Shown here piece after piece: positions 9,299 to 20,374 of a stretch of 64,000 nt of DNA (its first letter is position 1; every line of letters starts with the position of its first letter). The position numbers and the translations under genes are program-made. This DNA is from Mesorhizobium sp. (GTDB lineage Bacteria; Pseudomonadota; Alphaproteobacteria; Rhizobiales; Rhizobiaceae). The stretch spans positions 304-64,303 of the forward strand of contig JASGJA010000014.1 of the NCBI GenBank assembly GCA_049840935.1. The letters are read 5' to 3'. A model generated the notes under the pieces. It was given only the letters and a program-made list of their open reading frames with translations. It made no database searches and was not told the DNA's origin.

Positions 9299-11338
9299 AT
9301 GAAAAACTCGAATGATTCACAAGCTCGAAATCTGCTTTCGGAGGAAACCAGTCCGTACCTATTGCAGCACGCCGCAAATCCTGTCCACTGGAGACCTTGG
9401 GGAGCGGCGGCCCTCGCAGAAGCCAGCGCCCGCGATTGCCCGATCCTGTTGTCCGTTGGATATGCCGCCTGTCATTGGTGTCATGTAATGGCGCACGAAT
9501 CTTTCGAAGATAGCACGACGGCCAGCCTTATGAATTCTCTTTACGTAAACGTAAAGGTGGATCGCGAGGAACGCCCGGACATCGACCAGATCTACATGGC
9601 GGCGCTAGCATCCATGGGAGAACAGGGTGGCTGGCCGCTCACAATGTTCCTCGCACCCGATGGCAAACCATTCTGGGGCGGCACCTATTTTCCGAAAATC
9701 CAGCACTACGGTCGTCCGAGTTTCATACAGGTCCTGCATTCAATCGATCACGCCTGGAAAACAAAACGCGTTGATATCGATCGCAGCGCTCAAACATTAT
9801 CGGCACATATCGAGCACCGACTGGCGCGAACAGATACCCCGCGCGCCAACGCGCCCGGCGTATTAACGCAACTCGCCGGTGCCATTTTGCCATTGATGGA
9901 CAATGAAAAGGGTGGTTTGCGCGGCGCTCCAAAGTTTCCCAATGCACCTTTCCTCACAATATTGTGGTGTCACTGGCTTATGACGGGGGAAACTGCGTAT
10001 CGCGATGCGGTCGTGTTCAGTCTGCGCAAGATGCTGATGGGTGGAATTTACGATCATATCGGGGGAGGCCTCGCACGCTATTCGACAGATGCTGAGTGGA
10101 TGGTCCCGCATTTCGAGAAGATGCTGTACGACAACGCACTTCTCCTGCGCCTCGCTAATTGGGCATATGCCGAAACGGGCGAAGAATTATTTCGGAAGCG
10201 AATCGAACAGACGATTGAATGGCTCATCCGTGAAATGAGAACATCGCAGGGTTTTGCATCTAGCCTCGACGCCGATAGCGATGGTCAGGAAGGAATATTC
10301 TACACTTGGACCAAGCCTCAGCTTGCAAAGGCACTGCCGGAAAAACTTGATCTGGTTGACCGCTTTTTCTCCCTCGGCACAGTGGCTCATTGGGAGGGCG
10401 CCCCGGTCATTTTTCAAACCGAGAACCAAGTTGCTGCAGCTCTGGTTGATCCAATAACGGTTGATGAAATCCGAGCTGATTTACTAACCTATCGGGAAGC
10501 AAACCGTACAAGACCGGGTCGTGATGACAAGGTGCTTACAGATTGGAACGGACTGCTTATTCAAAGCCTCGCAGAATCTGGCCGTTCGCTAAATCGTCCG
10601 GATTGGATAGATCTCGCCTCTGAAACTTTCGCAAAGATTTTGGACAATACTGACGGGCAAGGTCGCTTGGCGCATTCGGTTCGTGGCGACAAGCGGCTCT
10701 ATCCGGCCTTTTCCAGCGATTATGCTGCGATGATAAATGCCGCCGTTTCTCTTTACGAGGCAACCGGCATCAGCTCTTACTTGCAGCAAGCGGAAACTTT
10801 GAAAACCACCCTCGATCAATGGCATCGGGATGAGGCGGGTACTGGTTATTATCTCACTGCATCAGACGCCACCGACGTAATCTTGCGCCCGCGTGGAGAT
10901 GTAGATGAGGCAATTCCTTCGGCCAACGGCCAGATCATCGAGGCTATTGCGCGCCTCGCATCCGCCAGTGACAATTTCAAACTGGCTGAACACGCCATCA
11001 TCGTTGCCGACCATGCCCTCACGCGCATTCAAGGTCAGCAATATGGTCAGGCTGGCATTATAGCAGCCGCGTCAATCGCTAGAAATCCGACCAAGCTTGT
11101 CATCATCTCTTTGAGCGATGCTACGCTCATTACGGTAGCGAATCGAAATCCGAACCCATATCGAGTTGACCTGCTCCCTAAGACAGGCCAGGGCACGAAT
11201 GAGCCGCAACTTACCGAGGGCATTTTCGTTTCTACACAAACACCGGGAGCATGGCTGTGCTTTAACCAGACCTGCCTTCCGGTGATAACCGACCCAGACG
11301 AGTTGGAACGCGCACTCAGGCGCAGTCCGAACACGTAA
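9299..11338 (+). CDS. Thioredoxin-domain protein, YyaL/DUF255 family (N-acylglucosamine 2-epimerase-like fold)
   Basis: SPYLLQHAANPVHWRPWG…SVGYAACHWCHVMAHESF is the hallmark DUF255 N-terminus, followed by a long alpha/alpha-toroid-like region. Confidence 0.85.
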   Translation: MKNSNDSQARNLLSEETSPYLLQHAANPVHWRPWGAAALAEASARDCPILLSVGYAACHWCHVMAHESFEDSTTASLMNSLYVNVKVDREERPDIDQIYMAALASMGEQGGWPLTMFLAPDGKPFWGGTYFPKIQHYGRPSFIQVLHSIDHAWKTKRVDIDRSAQTLSAHIEHRLARTDTPRANAPGVLTQLAGAILPLMDNEKGGLRGAPKFPNAPFLTILWCHWLMTGETAYRDAVVFSLRKMLMGGIYDHIGGGLARYSTDAEWMVPHFEKMLYDNALLLRLANWAYAETGEELFRKRIEQTIEWLIREMRTSQGFASSLDADSDGQEGIFYTWTKPQLAKALPEKLDLVDRFFSLGTVAHWEGAPVIFQTENQVAAALVDPITVDEIRADLLTYREANRTRPGRDDKVLTDWNGLLIQSLAESGRSLNRPDWIDLASETFAKILDNTDGQGRLAHSVRGDKRLYPAFSSDYAAMINAAVSLYEATGISSYLQQAETLKTTLDQWHRDEAGTGYYLTASDATDVILRPRGDVDEAIPSANGQIIEAIARLASASDNFKLAEHAIIVADHALTRIQGQQYGQAGIIAAASIARNPTKLVIISLSDATLITVANRNPNPYRVDLLPKTGQGTNEPQLTEGIFVSTQTPGAWLCFNQTCLPVITDPDELERALRRSPNT

Positions 11339-11351
11339 TTCCAGGCTGAAC

Positions 11352-12617
11352 TTAGGTATTCATCGAATCGAAGAAATCGGCATTCGTCTTCGTCTGCTTG
11401 AGCTTGTCGATAAGGAATTCGATAGCGTCCGTGGTTCCCATCGGCGCGAGAATACGGCGCAGAACAAATATCTTTTGCAAATCCTGCTTGGGCACCAGCA
11501 GATCTTCCTTGCGCGTACCGGACTTGAGAATGTCCATCGCCGGATAGATGCGCTTGTCGGCGACCTTGCGGTCGAGCACAATTTCAGAGTTGCCCGTACC
11601 CTTGAACTCTTCGAAGATGACTTCGTCCATACGGCTACCTGTATCGATCAGCGCCGTCGCGATGATGGTCAGAGATCCACCTTCTTCGATGTTACGCGCC
11701 GCGCCGAAGAAACGTTTCGGCCTTTGCAGAGCATTGGCGTCCACACCGCCGGTCAACACCTTACCCGATGACGGAACAACAGTATTGTAGGCGCGCCCCA
11801 GACGCGTGATGGAATCCAGCAGGATCACCACATCGCGGCCATGCTCGACAAGACGCTTGGCCTTCTCGATCACCATTTCCGCAACCTGAACGTGGCGTGC
11901 GGCAGGTTCGTCGAAAGTCGAGGAAACAACCTCGCCCTTCACCGAGCGCTGCATGTCAGTGACTTCCTCCGGTCGTTCATCTATCAGCAGAACGATGAGA
12001 TAGCATTCCGGATGATTGGTCGTAATTGAGTGAGCAATGTTCTGCAGCAGAACGGTCTTACCCGTGCGCGGCTGCGCCACGATAAGCGCGCGCTGCCCTT
12101 TACCTAGCGGCGCAACCAGATCAATCACGCGTGGTGAAATATCTTTTCCGGTCGGAACAGCCATTTCCATCTTGAGGCGTTCGGTCGGATAGAGCGGCGT
12201 CAGATTGTCGAAATGGATCTTGTGACGGATTTTCTCCGGGTCATCGAAGTTGATCGTATTGACCTTGAGAAGCGCAAAATAGCGTTCGCCTTCTTTGGGA
12301 CTGCGAATTGGACCTTCCACCGTGTCGCCGGTCTTCAGCGAGAACCGGCGGATCTGGGAAGGAGAAATATAAATGTCATCCGGACCGGGCAGATAATTGG
12401 CGTTTGCAGAGCGGAGGAAGCCGAAGCCATCCTGCAACACTTCGACAACGCCATCACCGATGATCTCGATGTCCTGCGCGGCAAGCTTTTTGAGAATCGC
12501 GAACATCAGCTCCTGCTTGCGCATCACGCTGGCGTTCTCAACCTCAAGCGATTCCGCGAAGGCGATCAGATCGGTCGGCTTCTTGTTCTTGAATTCTTGG
12601 AGTTTCATTTCCTGCAT
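11352..12617 (-). CDS. rho: Transcription termination factor Rho
   Basis: Full-length Rho: an N-terminal RNA-binding domain and a RecA-like core with Walker A ([13 protein letters not shown]). Confidence 0.97.
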   Translation of the reverse strand: MQEMKLQEFKNKKPTDLIAFAESLEVENASVMRKQELMFAILKKLAAQDIEIIGDGVVEVLQDGFGFLRSANANYLPGPDDIYISPSQIRRFSLKTGDTVEGPIRSPKEGERYFALLKVNTINFDDPEKIRHKIHFDNLTPLYPTERLKMEMAVPTGKDISPRVIDLVAPLGKGQRALIVAQPRTGKTVLLQNIAHSITTNHPECYLIVLLIDERPEEVTDMQRSVKGEVVSSTFDEPAARHVQVAEMVIEKAKRLVEHGRDVVILLDSITRLGRAYNTVVPSSGKVLTGGVDANALQRPKRFFGAARNIEEGGSLTIIATALIDTGSRMDEVIFEEFKGTGNSEIVLDRKVADKRIYPAMDILKSGTRKEDLLVPKQDLQKIFVLRRILAPMGTTDAIEFLIDKLKQTKTNADFFDSMNT

Positions 12618-12782
12618 TAATTTAGACTCTGGGTATGTAAAGGAAGAGAGATGCCGGCGGGTGCTAAGAATGCCGAACGCGACCGATCTTCAAGAATCGA
12701 AACGTCGCAACACGGGAAGGAAGAATTTCTTCTTACGCCTGCTCGAAACAAAGAGCAAGGGCCGCACATAGGCGGCAATGCA

Positions 12783-13316
12783 TCAAAATGGCTTCACGAT
12801 AACGAGAATAACGATAATGGCCATCAGAATTGCAGGCACTTCATTAACGATGCGCCAATGCCGGGCCGATTTCGTATTTTCATCATTAGCAAAGCGCCGG
12901 ACTGCAGCAGATAGGTAGCCATGCACGCCCGATAAAACAAGCACCGCGGCAATCTTTGCATGCAGCCAGCCGCCCATGAAGCCAAATCCCTTCCAGGCAA
13001 GCCACAGGCCAAACATCCACGAAGCGATCATTGCCGGGTTGATGATACCGCGCATCAGGCGCCGCTCCATCACCTTGAACGTCTCCGATTGAACTGAGCC
13101 CTTTGGGGAATCGACGTGATAGACGAACAGGCGTGGTAGATAGAGCATCCCCGCCATCCACGAGATCACCGCCATAACGTGAATTGCTTTCGCCCAATTA
13201 TAGAAACCGTCTCCCGCAACCAGAAAGAGTAGGGCAGTTCCGATAACGAGCACAGCAATAGCGATCACCATTCTCTTGTAGGCGATCCTGGGTGTCATTG
13301 TGGATTGATCGCTCAT
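12783..13316 (-). CDS. hemJ: Protoporphyrinogen IX oxidase HemJ (CopD-like membrane protein)
   Basis: 177-aa protein with 4-5 TM segments ([25 protein letters not shown]). Start overlaps the hemE stop. Confidence 0.75.
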   Translation of the reverse strand: MSDQSTMTPRIAYKRMVIAIAVLVIGTALLFLVAGDGFYNWAKAIHVMAVISWMAGMLYLPRLFVYHVDSPKGSVQSETFKVMERRLMRGIINPAMIASWMFGLWLAWKGFGFMGGWLHAKIAAVLVLSGVHGYLSAAVRRFANDENTKSARHWRIVNEVPAILMAIIVILVIVKPF

Positions 13317-14350
13317 CGTGGCCAGCTCCTCACTTGTTTGAGCATCGCTTCGACATGAGAAATAGGTGTCTCCGGCGTAATGCCATGACCGAGGTTGAAT
13401 ACCAACGGTCCACCACCAAGATTCTGCAAAACGGCATCCACGCCTTTTTCCAACGCCTCACCACCAGCCACCAGTCGCATCGGGTCGAGATTGCCCTGAA
13501 CCGCGCCAACCTTTTGCAGATCCCGCGCCTGCGAGAGGGGAACGGTCCAGTCGAGACCAAGCGCGGTCGCGCCTGTGGCCTCTCGATAGTTGGAGTACCG
13601 GTTGCCAGCACCGCGCGGAAACGCAATGATTGGCACTTCGGGATAGACCTCTGCCACACGCCGCACGATCTCCGCCACCGGCTGCACGCATAGCTGCTCA
13701 AAGCTTTCCTGATCCAGAACGCCTGCCCATGAATCGAATATCTGGATTACATCAGCTCCTGCCTCGATCTGGCGAATGAGATATTCGGCGGATTGTTTTG
13801 CCAGCACATCGAGCAGCGCTTTCATTTCATTCGGATGGCAATAGGCGAACTTGCGCGCGGGTGCCTGATCGCTCGTTCCATGTCCTGCAATCATATATGT
13901 TGCAACCGTCCACGGCGCACCGCAGAAGCCGATCAGCGTCGTCTCCGCAGGCAGTTCCGAGCGTAGCCGTCGCACCGTTTCATAGACCGGCGAAAGATTC
14001 ACGTGAAACGTATCTGTTTCGATCGTGGCGATCTCTGAAGCTTGAATTGGCGTCATCAGCGGTCCGCGACCTTCCTCAAAGCGCAGATCGCGTCCCAAAG
14101 CATGGGGCACCACGAGAATGTCAGAGAACAGGATAGAAGCGTCAAAGCCAAAGCGACGTATTGGCTGAAGCGTCACCTCAACCGCAAGATCGGGATTGTA
14201 GCAAAGGTCGAGGAAGCTTCCTGCCTTTGTGCGTGTCTCTCGATATTCAGGCAGATAGCGTCCTGCCTGACGCATCATCCAGATAGGCGGAGTGCCTTCC
14301 ACCTTACCCTTCAATACCTGAACAACACGTCGTTCGACGGAAGGATTCAT
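13313..14350 (-). CDS. hemE: Uroporphyrinogen decarboxylase
   Basis: [15 protein letters not shown], the URO-D signature, and full length. Confidence 0.95.
   Translation of the reverse strand: MNPSVERRVVQVLKGKVEGTPPIWMMRQAGRYLPEYRETRTKAGSFLDLCYNPDLAVEVTLQPIRRFGFDASILFSDILVVPHALGRDLRFEEGRGPLMTPIQASEIATIETDTFHVNLSPVYETVRRLRSELPAETTLIGFCGAPWTVATYMIAGHGTSDQAPARKFAYCHPNEMKALLDVLAKQSAEYLIRQIEAGADVIQIFDSWAGVLDQESFEQLCVQPVAEIVRRVAEVYPEVPIIAFPRGAGNRYSNYREATGATALGLDWTVPLSQARDLQKVGAVQGNLDPMRLVAGGEALEKGVDAVLQNLGGGPLVFNLGHGITPETPISHVEAMLKQVRSWPR
13995..14010. promoter_or_regulatory. Degenerate parS-like palindrome
   Basis: AGATTCACGTGAAACG, 13/16 to the parS consensus. Lies inside hemE, about 350 bp from the proposed oriC. 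Confidence 0.35.
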
Positions 14351-14373
14351 GAATAATCAATCTTTATAGAAAA

Positions 14374-14405
14374 GAGTCTTTTGATTCTTAGACTCTGTTG
14401 GAATC
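14374..14405. promoter_or_regulatory. Cluster of GANTC (CcrM-type methylation) sites
   Basis: GAGTC 14374, GATTC 14383, GACTC 14391 and GAATC 14401 give four sites in 32 bp. Further sites lie at 14344, 14551 and 14607. Confidence 0.6.
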
Positions 14406-14578
14406 GGGAATGAGCCATTTTTCACAAAGGCTCGCCCGAGAGCCAGATTGCATAGTGTCGCGGAATTTTTGAACGCTGCCTGTTAATTCCGTGAACCATT
14501 TTGATTTCGGGAATAAAAGTAAACACTTACTTAATTTCAAAATCAGGGCAGATTCGCCGCATTCGCCGACGGCCAAAT

Positions 14579-14708
14579 TCATCCACGCATTCCTCCACAA
14601 GCCGGGGAGTCCGAATTTGCTGGTGTGAATTGTGGACAAGTAGCGTTCTGATACAGTCGCTCTGAACCGGGCCGGGCTTCTCTACAGCCTTGTCCACACT
14701 TACCCACA
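14579..14708. promoter_or_regulatory. DnaA-box-like 9-mer cluster
   Basis: TCATCCACG (14579-14587), TCCTCCACA (14591-14599), TGTGGACAA = reverse complement of TTGTCCACA (14631-14639), TTGTCCACA (14690-14698) and TTACCCACA (14700-14708). Each has 1-2 mismatches to TTATCCACA. Confidence 0.55.
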
Positions 14709-14724
14709 GGGCTGGGAATAGCGT

Positions 14725-15546
14725 GTGAACAGATCGCAGAATTTTTTCCATCTTCACCTGATTTCAGACGCGACAGGGGAGACCTTGCTTGCTGCCGGTC
14801 GCGCTGCCTCCGCGCAATATAAGGAGGCCCGGGCCATTGAGCACATCTACCCGCTCATCCGAACGGAAAAGCAGCTCACCAAGGTATTCGAAGACATTGA
14901 GGATGAGCCGGGCATCGTCCTATACACGGTTGTCGATCAGGCACTCAGCCGCCGCATCGATGAGCATTGCGCAGGAATGGGCTTGCCCTGCGTTTCTGTA
15001 TTGGAGCCGGTGCTGGCTGTGTTTCAGACCTTTCTAGGCGCGCCAGCTGGTCGTCGGGTAGGGGCGCAGCACGCACTCGATGCTGATTATTTCAAACGCA
15101 TCGATGCTCTCAATTTCACAATGGAGCATGATGACGGCCAGCTTCAGCATGATCTGGACGATGCCGACATCGTGTTGATCGGCATTTCGCGAACGTCGAA
15201 AACACCGACGAGCATCTATCTCGCCAATCGCGGCATCAAGACGGCCAACATCCCGATTGTGCTTGGCGTACCACTGCCGCAAAGCTTGTTCGATACGAAG
15301 AACCCGTTGATCGTTGGGCTGATCGCCACCGTTGAACGCATATCCCACGTGCGCCAGAACCGGCTACTCGGCTCAACATCCGGCTTCGATCCAAACGCCT
15401 ATGCCGACCGCTCGCATATTTCCGAGGAACTTGCTTATGCCCGTCAGCTTTGTACCCGGCATGGCTGGCCGATGATCGATGTCAGCCGCAGGTCCATTGA
15501 AGAGACAGCCGCGGCCATCGTTGCCTTGCGGCGAAAGAATAGATAG
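14725..15546 (+). CDS. DUF299 bifunctional kinase/pyrophosphorylase (PEP synthase / pyruvate-phosphate dikinase regulatory protein family)
   Basis: GTG start. [15 protein letters not shown]-terminus and P-loop-like [15 protein letters not shown]. Confidence 0.85.
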   Translation: MNRSQNFFHLHLISDATGETLLAAGRAASAQYKEARAIEHIYPLIRTEKQLTKVFEDIEDEPGIVLYTVVDQALSRRIDEHCAGMGLPCVSVLEPVLAVFQTFLGAPAGRRVGAQHALDADYFKRIDALNFTMEHDDGQLQHDLDDADIVLIGISRTSKTPTSIYLANRGIKTANIPIVLGVPLPQSLFDTKNPLIVGLIATVERISHVRQNRLLGSTSGFDPNAYADRSHISEELAYARQLCTRHGWPMIDVSRRSIEETAAAIVALRRKNR

Positions 15547-15555
15547 GTCACGCGC

Positions 15556-16155
15556 ATGGCAGAAAAATTGATCCTCGCATCCGGCAGTCCTTACCGGAAA
15601 GCGCTTCTCGAAAATGCAGGCATCGACATCGAAGCAGTCCCTGCACACGTCGACGAGCGCGCCGTTGAGGCAACGCTGGAAGGTTCCGGCCTCACGCCGG
15701 ATGACGTCGCTCTCGTGCTGGCCGAAGCCAAGGCTGATGAGGTGAGCGGACGCAAGCGCGGCGCGCTGGTGCTCGGCTGCGACCAGACATTGTCGCTCGG
15801 CGAAGATGTGCTGCACAAGCCTGCTGATATGCAAGCCGCGCGCCGCCAGTTGCTCCGCATGTCCGGTAAGACACATAGCCTGAATAGCGGGCTGGTTCTC
15901 ATGCGTGATGGCGAGGCACTTTGGCGACACGTCTCCGTCGCGAACCTTGCCATGCGCGAATTGTCACCCACCTTTGTCGGGCGATACCTCGCGGCGGTCG
16001 GTGACAAAGCGCTTACCAGCGTCGGCGCCTATCAGATCGAGGGCAGGGGCATACAGCTTTTCGAGAAAATCGACGGCGACTATTTCACCATTGTCGGGCT
16101 TCCGCTCTTGCCGCTGCTCGCAGAACTTCGTCGCATGGGCGCTATAGATGGCTGA
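15556..16155 (+). CDS. maf: Maf-like nucleoside triphosphate pyrophosphatase
   Basis: [14 protein letters not shown]…GCDQTL…GAYQIEG motifs. Confidence 0.9.
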   Translation: MAEKLILASGSPYRKALLENAGIDIEAVPAHVDERAVEATLEGSGLTPDDVALVLAEAKADEVSGRKRGALVLGCDQTLSLGEDVLHKPADMQAARRQLLRMSGKTHSLNSGLVLMRDGEALWRHVSVANLAMRELSPTFVGRYLAAVGDKALTSVGAYQIEGRGIQLFEKIDGDYFTIVGLPLLPLLAELRRMGAIDG

Positions 16156-16987
16156 GAATATTCGCCGCGCATTTGTTTGCGGCCATCCCATTGCGCATTC
16201 ACGCTCGCCGATCATCCACAATTACTGGCTGGAACAGCACGGTCTTGCCGGCAGCTATGAGGCCGTCGATATCGCCCCCACCGATTTCGATGCCTTCGCC
16301 AATAGCCTCAGTCAGCGTGGCTTTGTCGGCGGCAATGTCACGATCCCGCACAAGGAAGCGGCGTATCGCTTGGTTGTTCATCGCGAAGCTGCCGCCGAGC
16401 AGATCGGCGCGGTCAATACGCTTTGGCTGAAAGACGGCCAGCTATGCGGCACGAACACCGACGCTTACGGTTTCGCCGCAAACCTCGATGCCTTCGCCCC
16501 CGGCTGGAGCAATGTCAGTGTCGCCGTTGTTCTGGGCGCTGGTGGTGCCGCCCGCGCGATCATCCACGCATTGCAGCAGCGCGGCATACCGGACATCCGC
16601 ATCCTGAACCGTACGACGGCGCGCGCCCGTGAACTCGCCGACACGTTCGGCACGAACGTATCCGCGTATGATCTCTACGGTGTTGACGAACTCGTCTCCG
16701 ACGCTGGTTTGGTGGTCAACACGACCGCGCTTGGCATGGACGGCGATTCCGGCCTTCCAGCCAATCCTGAATACATGCCGGATGCAGCGCTTGTGACTGA
16801 CATTGTCTACTTACCTCTCGAAACGCCATTTCTTGCCGCTGCCCGCCAACGCGGTTTGCGAACTGTGGACGGGCTCGGCATGTTGCTGCATCAGGCGGTA
16901 CCCGGCTTCGAGCGTTGGTTCGGCGTGCGCCCCGCGGTCAGCGACGAACTGCGCCAGCGCGTACTCGCCAGCATGGACGCGCATTGA
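16148..16987 (+). CDS. aroE: Shikimate dehydrogenase
   Basis: [14 protein letters not shown]…NVTIPHK…GAGGAARA motifs. Confidence 0.9.
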   Translation: MAENIRRAFVCGHPIAHSRSPIIHNYWLEQHGLAGSYEAVDIAPTDFDAFANSLSQRGFVGGNVTIPHKEAAYRLVVHREAAAEQIGAVNTLWLKDGQLCGTNTDAYGFAANLDAFAPGWSNVSVAVVLGAGGAARAIIHALQQRGIPDIRILNRTTARARELADTFGTNVSAYDLYGVDELVSDAGLVVNTTALGMDGDSGLPANPEYMPDAALVTDIVYLPLETPFLAAARQRGLRTVDGLGMLLHQAVPGFERWFGVRPAVSDELRQRVLASMDAH

Positions 16988-17574
16988 TGATCGTCCTCGG
17001 CCTCACCGGTTCCATCGGCATGGGCAAGTCAACCACTGCGAAAATGTTCGCCGAGGCTGGCGTCCCTGTTCATGATTCCGACGAAGCGGTGCATCGTCTT
17101 TATCGCGGCAAGGCCACGTCTCTCATTGAAGAAGCCTTCCCCGGCTCGACTCACAATGGCGTGGTTGACCGCAACCTGCTTGGCCAAAAAGTTCTTGGTA
17201 ATCCCGAAGCGCTCAAGCGGCTTGAGGCTATCGTTCATCCGCTTGTGCGGGCTGATGCCGATGCGTTTCTTGAGCATCACCGAAAAGCGGGGGCACCCAT
17301 CGCGGTTCTGGATATTCCGCTTCTGTTTGAAACAGGCGGGCGCAACCGTGTGGACAAGGTCGTGGTCGTCACGGCCTCGCCCGAAATTCAGCGCCAGCGC
17401 GTTCTTGATCGTCCCGGCATGACCGAGGAGAAGTTCCGCGCCATTCTCGCCAAGCAAATGCCCGACACCGAAAAACGCACCCGCGCTGATTTCATCGTTG
17501 ACACGGGCGAGGGCATGGATGCCGCCAGATCAGCCGTCGCAGCGATAATTGATAAGTTGTCCCGCCCCGAATAG
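16987..17574 (+). CDS. coaE: Dephospho-CoA kinase
   Basis: [17 protein letters not shown]-loop. ATG overlaps the aroE TGA (TGATG). The upstream part of the listed ORF is overlap with aroE. Confidence 0.9.
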   Translation: MIVLGLTGSIGMGKSTTAKMFAEAGVPVHDSDEAVHRLYRGKATSLIEEAFPGSTHNGVVDRNLLGQKVLGNPEALKRLEAIVHPLVRADADAFLEHHRKAGAPIAVLDIPLLFETGGRNRVDKVVVVTASPEIQRQRVLDRPGMTEEKFRAILAKQMPDTEKRTRADFIVDTGEGMDAARSAVAAIIDKLSRPE

Positions 17575-17620
17575 GCGAAATTTCCCTGTCGGGGATTCCC
17601 ACGAAAATCCAAACAGACTA

Positions 17621-17636
17621 CGATTCACGTGAAACA
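17621..17636. promoter_or_regulatory. parS-like palindrome
   Basis: CGATTCACGTGAAACA, 14/16 to the parS consensus. Lies in the coaE-dnaQ intergenic region. Confidence 0.5.
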
Positions 17637-17648
17637 AGTAGCGACTTC

Positions 17649-18374
17649 ATGCGTGAAATAATATTCGATACGGAAACCACTGGCCTCGATTTCAAGCTCG
17701 ACAGAGTGATCGAGATCGGCGCGATTGAGCTGGTGAATCGCTTTCCCACCGGTCGCGTTTTTCACGAGTACATCCACCCGGAAAACCGGGACATTCATCC
17801 AGACGCGTTGGCCGTCCACGGCATTTCGATGGAGTCGCTTGTCGGCAAGCCGATCTTTTCCGGCATCGCTGACCGCTTCATGGAATTCATCGACGGTGCA
17901 AAGCTGGTCGCCCACAACGCCACCTTCGATATGAACTTCATCAATGCCGAGTTCGAACGCTTGGGCGTTGCGGCTGTGGATGCTTCACTTGTGGTCGACA
18001 CACTCGTGCTCGCTCGCCGCAAACATCCAATGGGGCCGAATTCGCTCGACGCTCTATGCCGCAGATACAGCATCGACAACAGCCGCCGCACCAAGCACGG
18101 CGCGTTGCTCGACTCCGAACTACTGGCTGAGGTCTATGTTGAGCTGATAGGCGGCAAGCAGGCTGCCATGCTTCTGGATTCGCCGCTTGGCGGAATGGCT
18201 GGGCGGGGTTCGTCGCGAGACGCGCCTATTGTCATTCGTGCGCGACCCGTTGCGCTACCTTCTCGCCTAAGCCCAGAAGAGAACGAGGCCCACAACCGTC
18301 TGGTCGCGAGCCTCGGAGAAAATTCGATCTGGTCGAAATTTGCTGCCGGACCCGAAGCCCCGGCAGACGAATAA
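17649..18374 (+). CDS. dnaQ: DNA polymerase III subunit epsilon (3'-5' exonuclease)
   Basis: ExoI IIFDTETTGL, ExoII LVAHNATFDMNF and ExoIII HGALLDSELLAEVY. Confidence 0.92.
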   Translation: MREIIFDTETTGLDFKLDRVIEIGAIELVNRFPTGRVFHEYIHPENRDIHPDALAVHGISMESLVGKPIFSGIADRFMEFIDGAKLVAHNATFDMNFINAEFERLGVAAVDASLVVDTLVLARRKHPMGPNSLDALCRRYSIDNSRRTKHGALLDSELLAEVYVELIGGKQAAMLLDSPLGGMAGRGSSRDAPIVIRARPVALPSRLSPEENEAHNRLVASLGENSIWSKFAAGPEAPADE

Positions 18375-18914
18375 TCAGTTTGTTGCCTGCACCTGAGCGC
18401 GAGCTTGATCCTCAGCAATTCGCTGTTGGAACATTTGCACGAAATCGATCGGGTCGAGCATCAGCGGCGGGAAGCCACCATTGCGCGTCGCGTCGGCAAT
18501 AATCTGGCGAGCGAACGGGAACAGCAGGCGCGGGCACTCGATGAAGAGGATCGGCAGCATATGTTCCTGCGGGAAGTTCTCGACATGGAATACGCCGCCA
18601 TACAGCAGCTCCACGTTGAACAGCACGTCGCTATCGAGCTGAGCCTTTGCGTTCAGCGAAAGCACAACGTCGAACTCGGTATCGGAGAGCGGGTTGGCGT
18701 TGACGTTCACGCCAATACTAATGTTAGGGGCCTTCTCACGCGTGCGCAGCGACTTCGGCGCGCCGGGGCTTTCGAAGGAAAGATCCTTTAGATACTGCGC
18801 CAGAACGTTTAGAACCGGCGGCTTTCCATTGCCGATTGGAGCAGTTCCTGCCGGCCCAGCATCGGCCTTCTCAGTCGCCGGGCTTTTTTCTTTGGTCTTC
18901 TTTTCAGCAGCCAT
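18375..18914 (-). CDS. secB: Protein-export chaperone SecB
   Basis: [14 protein letters not shown]…[33 protein letters not shown]. Confidence 0.92.
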   Translation of the reverse strand: MAAEKKTKEKSPATEKADAGPAGTAPIGNGKPPVLNVLAQYLKDLSFESPGAPKSLRTREKAPNISIGVNVNANPLSDTEFDVVLSLNAKAQLDSDVLFNVELLYGGVFHVENFPQEHMLPILFIECPRLLFPFARQIIADATRNGGFPPLMLDPIDFVQMFQQRIAEDQARAQVQATN

Positions 18915-18996
18915 ATGCTACCCATCCTCGCTCAATATGGCCCTTGGGCCTCAAAAAGTTGTGGTGAGCTACCACGCGGGCCAGATGGACACAAGA

Positions 18997-19524
18997 TTAT
19001 ACGTCTGGCCGGTCAATTCGCCGCCAAGGGGAGTCTGGGTCTGGGTCCGACTTGTAATCGTCTTCGTCCAGATCGATTGTTTTCCCACCACGTCGTCCCC
19101 CGCCGAAATTGCGCGTCACGACGACGGATGAAAAATCCACATTGCGACTCAGATATTTCCAGGCGAGATCGCGTATTGGCGGAATAAATAAAGCCAATCC
19201 GATTATGTCACTGACAAATCCCGGCACCAGAAGCAGAACGCCAGCCAGCAAAATCATCACGCCGTGTGCCATCTCACGACCAGGATTTCGCCCGGCTTCC
19301 ATTTCGGTTCTAATGCGTGTCAGTACGCCAAATCCCTGAAAGCGCATCAAAGCAGCGCCAAGGACGCTCATTGCGATCACCAGTGCGATGGTCGCCAATA
19401 CGCCGACCTGCCTGCCGACGATCACAAAGCCCGCAATTTCGAGCAGGGGCCACAGAAGAAGGAATATCGCTGGAAATTTCACGCGCAAAGCCTCAAAAAT
19501 TAGAACAATCAGGCTCGCGATCAC
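18997..19524 (-). CDS. fxsA: FxsA family membrane protein
   Basis: LLWPLLEIAGFVIVGRQVGVL…LLLVPGFVSDIIGLALFIPPIR. The true start may be the internal GTG near 19482. Confidence 0.8.
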   Translation of the reverse strand: MIASLIVLIFEALRVKFPAIFLLLWPLLEIAGFVIVGRQVGVLATIALVIAMSVLGAALMRFQGFGVLTRIRTEMEAGRNPGREMAHGVMILLAGVLLLVPGFVSDIIGLALFIPPIRDLAWKYLSRNVDFSSVVVTRNFGGGRRGGKTIDLDEDDYKSDPDPDSPWRRIDRPDV

Positions 19525-19652
19525 TCTTAAGGCGAGCCACTTCGTCTACATAGAGACAATATTGCTTGATTTGAATGATGTGATCATGCGTTCTATATGC
19601 GATAGGAATTCGCGCATTTGCGCGCACTGACCTTAACGAGGAAAATTGTAGC

Positions 19653-20357
19653 GTGGAATTCCTGGACTTTGGCACGATTATATTCATGGTCGCCGCGGTA
19701 GTAATCTTCTACCAGCTGCGCAGTGTGCTGGGTCGCCGCACAGGAAGTGAGCGCCCGCCTTTCGATCCGTATTCACGTCCGACCAGCAATGGTGCACCCG
19801 ATCCGGCAAAACCGGAAAACGTTGTTTCGCTGCCTCGCAAGCGCAGCCCCGGAGAACCTGAAATTGCCTATCTGGCAATTGATTCGGTGGCGAAGCCTGG
19901 AACGGATCTGAACAAGGGCCTGCGCGCCATCCGCGATGCCGATCCGGCTTTCGATCCCAAGGCTTTCCTTGAAGGCGCGAAAATGGCCTATGAGATGATT
20001 GTCTCGGCTTTCGCCGCCGGCGACAGAAAGACCCTCAAAAATCTTCTTTCCAAGGAAGTCTTTGACGGCTTCGTTGCGGCAATAAATGAGCGCGAAAGCA
20101 AATCGGAGCAGATTCAGTCGTCCTTCGTCGGCATAGACAAGGCCGATTACGTTTCTGCTGAATTGAAGGGCACGGAAGCCCATGTCACATTGAGATTGGT
20201 CAGCGAGTTGATTTCCGCCACGCGTGACAAAACCGGCGCGGTGATCAATGGCGATCCTGAAACCGTGGCAGAAGTTAAAGATGTCTGGACTTTCGCGCGC
20301 GACACCCGCTCCAAGGATCCGAACTGGAAGCTGGTCGCTACCGAAGAGGAAGAGTAA
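19653..20357 (+). CDS. Tim44-like domain protein
   Basis: N-terminal TM segment, then a C-terminal Tim44-like fold (FLEGAKMAYEMIVSAFAAGD…DVWTFARD…DPNWKLVAT). GTG start. Confidence 0.8.
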   Translation: MEFLDFGTIIFMVAAVVIFYQLRSVLGRRTGSERPPFDPYSRPTSNGAPDPAKPENVVSLPRKRSPGEPEIAYLAIDSVAKPGTDLNKGLRAIRDADPAFDPKAFLEGAKMAYEMIVSAFAAGDRKTLKNLLSKEVFDGFVAAINERESKSEQIQSSFVGIDKADYVSAELKGTEAHVTLRLVSELISATRDKTGAVINGDPETVAEVKDVWTFARDTRSKDPNWKLVATEEEE

Positions 20358-20374
20358 TTCCGGGGCAAGCGCCA

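Larger units (their letters stand above)
14351..14724. other. Probable chromosomal replication origin (oriC)
   Basis: 374-bp non-coding gap between hemE and the DUF299-maf-aroE-coaE-dnaQ cluster, the conserved alphaproteobacterial origin context. Contains an AT-rich left end, a GANTC cluster and several DnaA-box-like 9-mers. Nearly all flanking genes point away from this gap. Confidence 0.7.

Noticed and set aside
14483-14497. CtrA-type site TTAA-N7-TTAA at TTAATTCCGTGAACC
   Set aside because: Only the first half-site matches; the second half is AACC. Only the TAAA-N7-TTAA site at 14520-14534 was kept, as weak supporting evidence.
14388-14757. Two short minus-strand ORFs (83 and 76 aa) in the hemE-DUF299 gap
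   Set aside because: They lie in the AT-rich region rich in DnaA boxes and GANTC sites, which I interpret as oriC. They have no Shine-Dalgarno sequence, odd composition, and they overlap each other and the DUF299 start.
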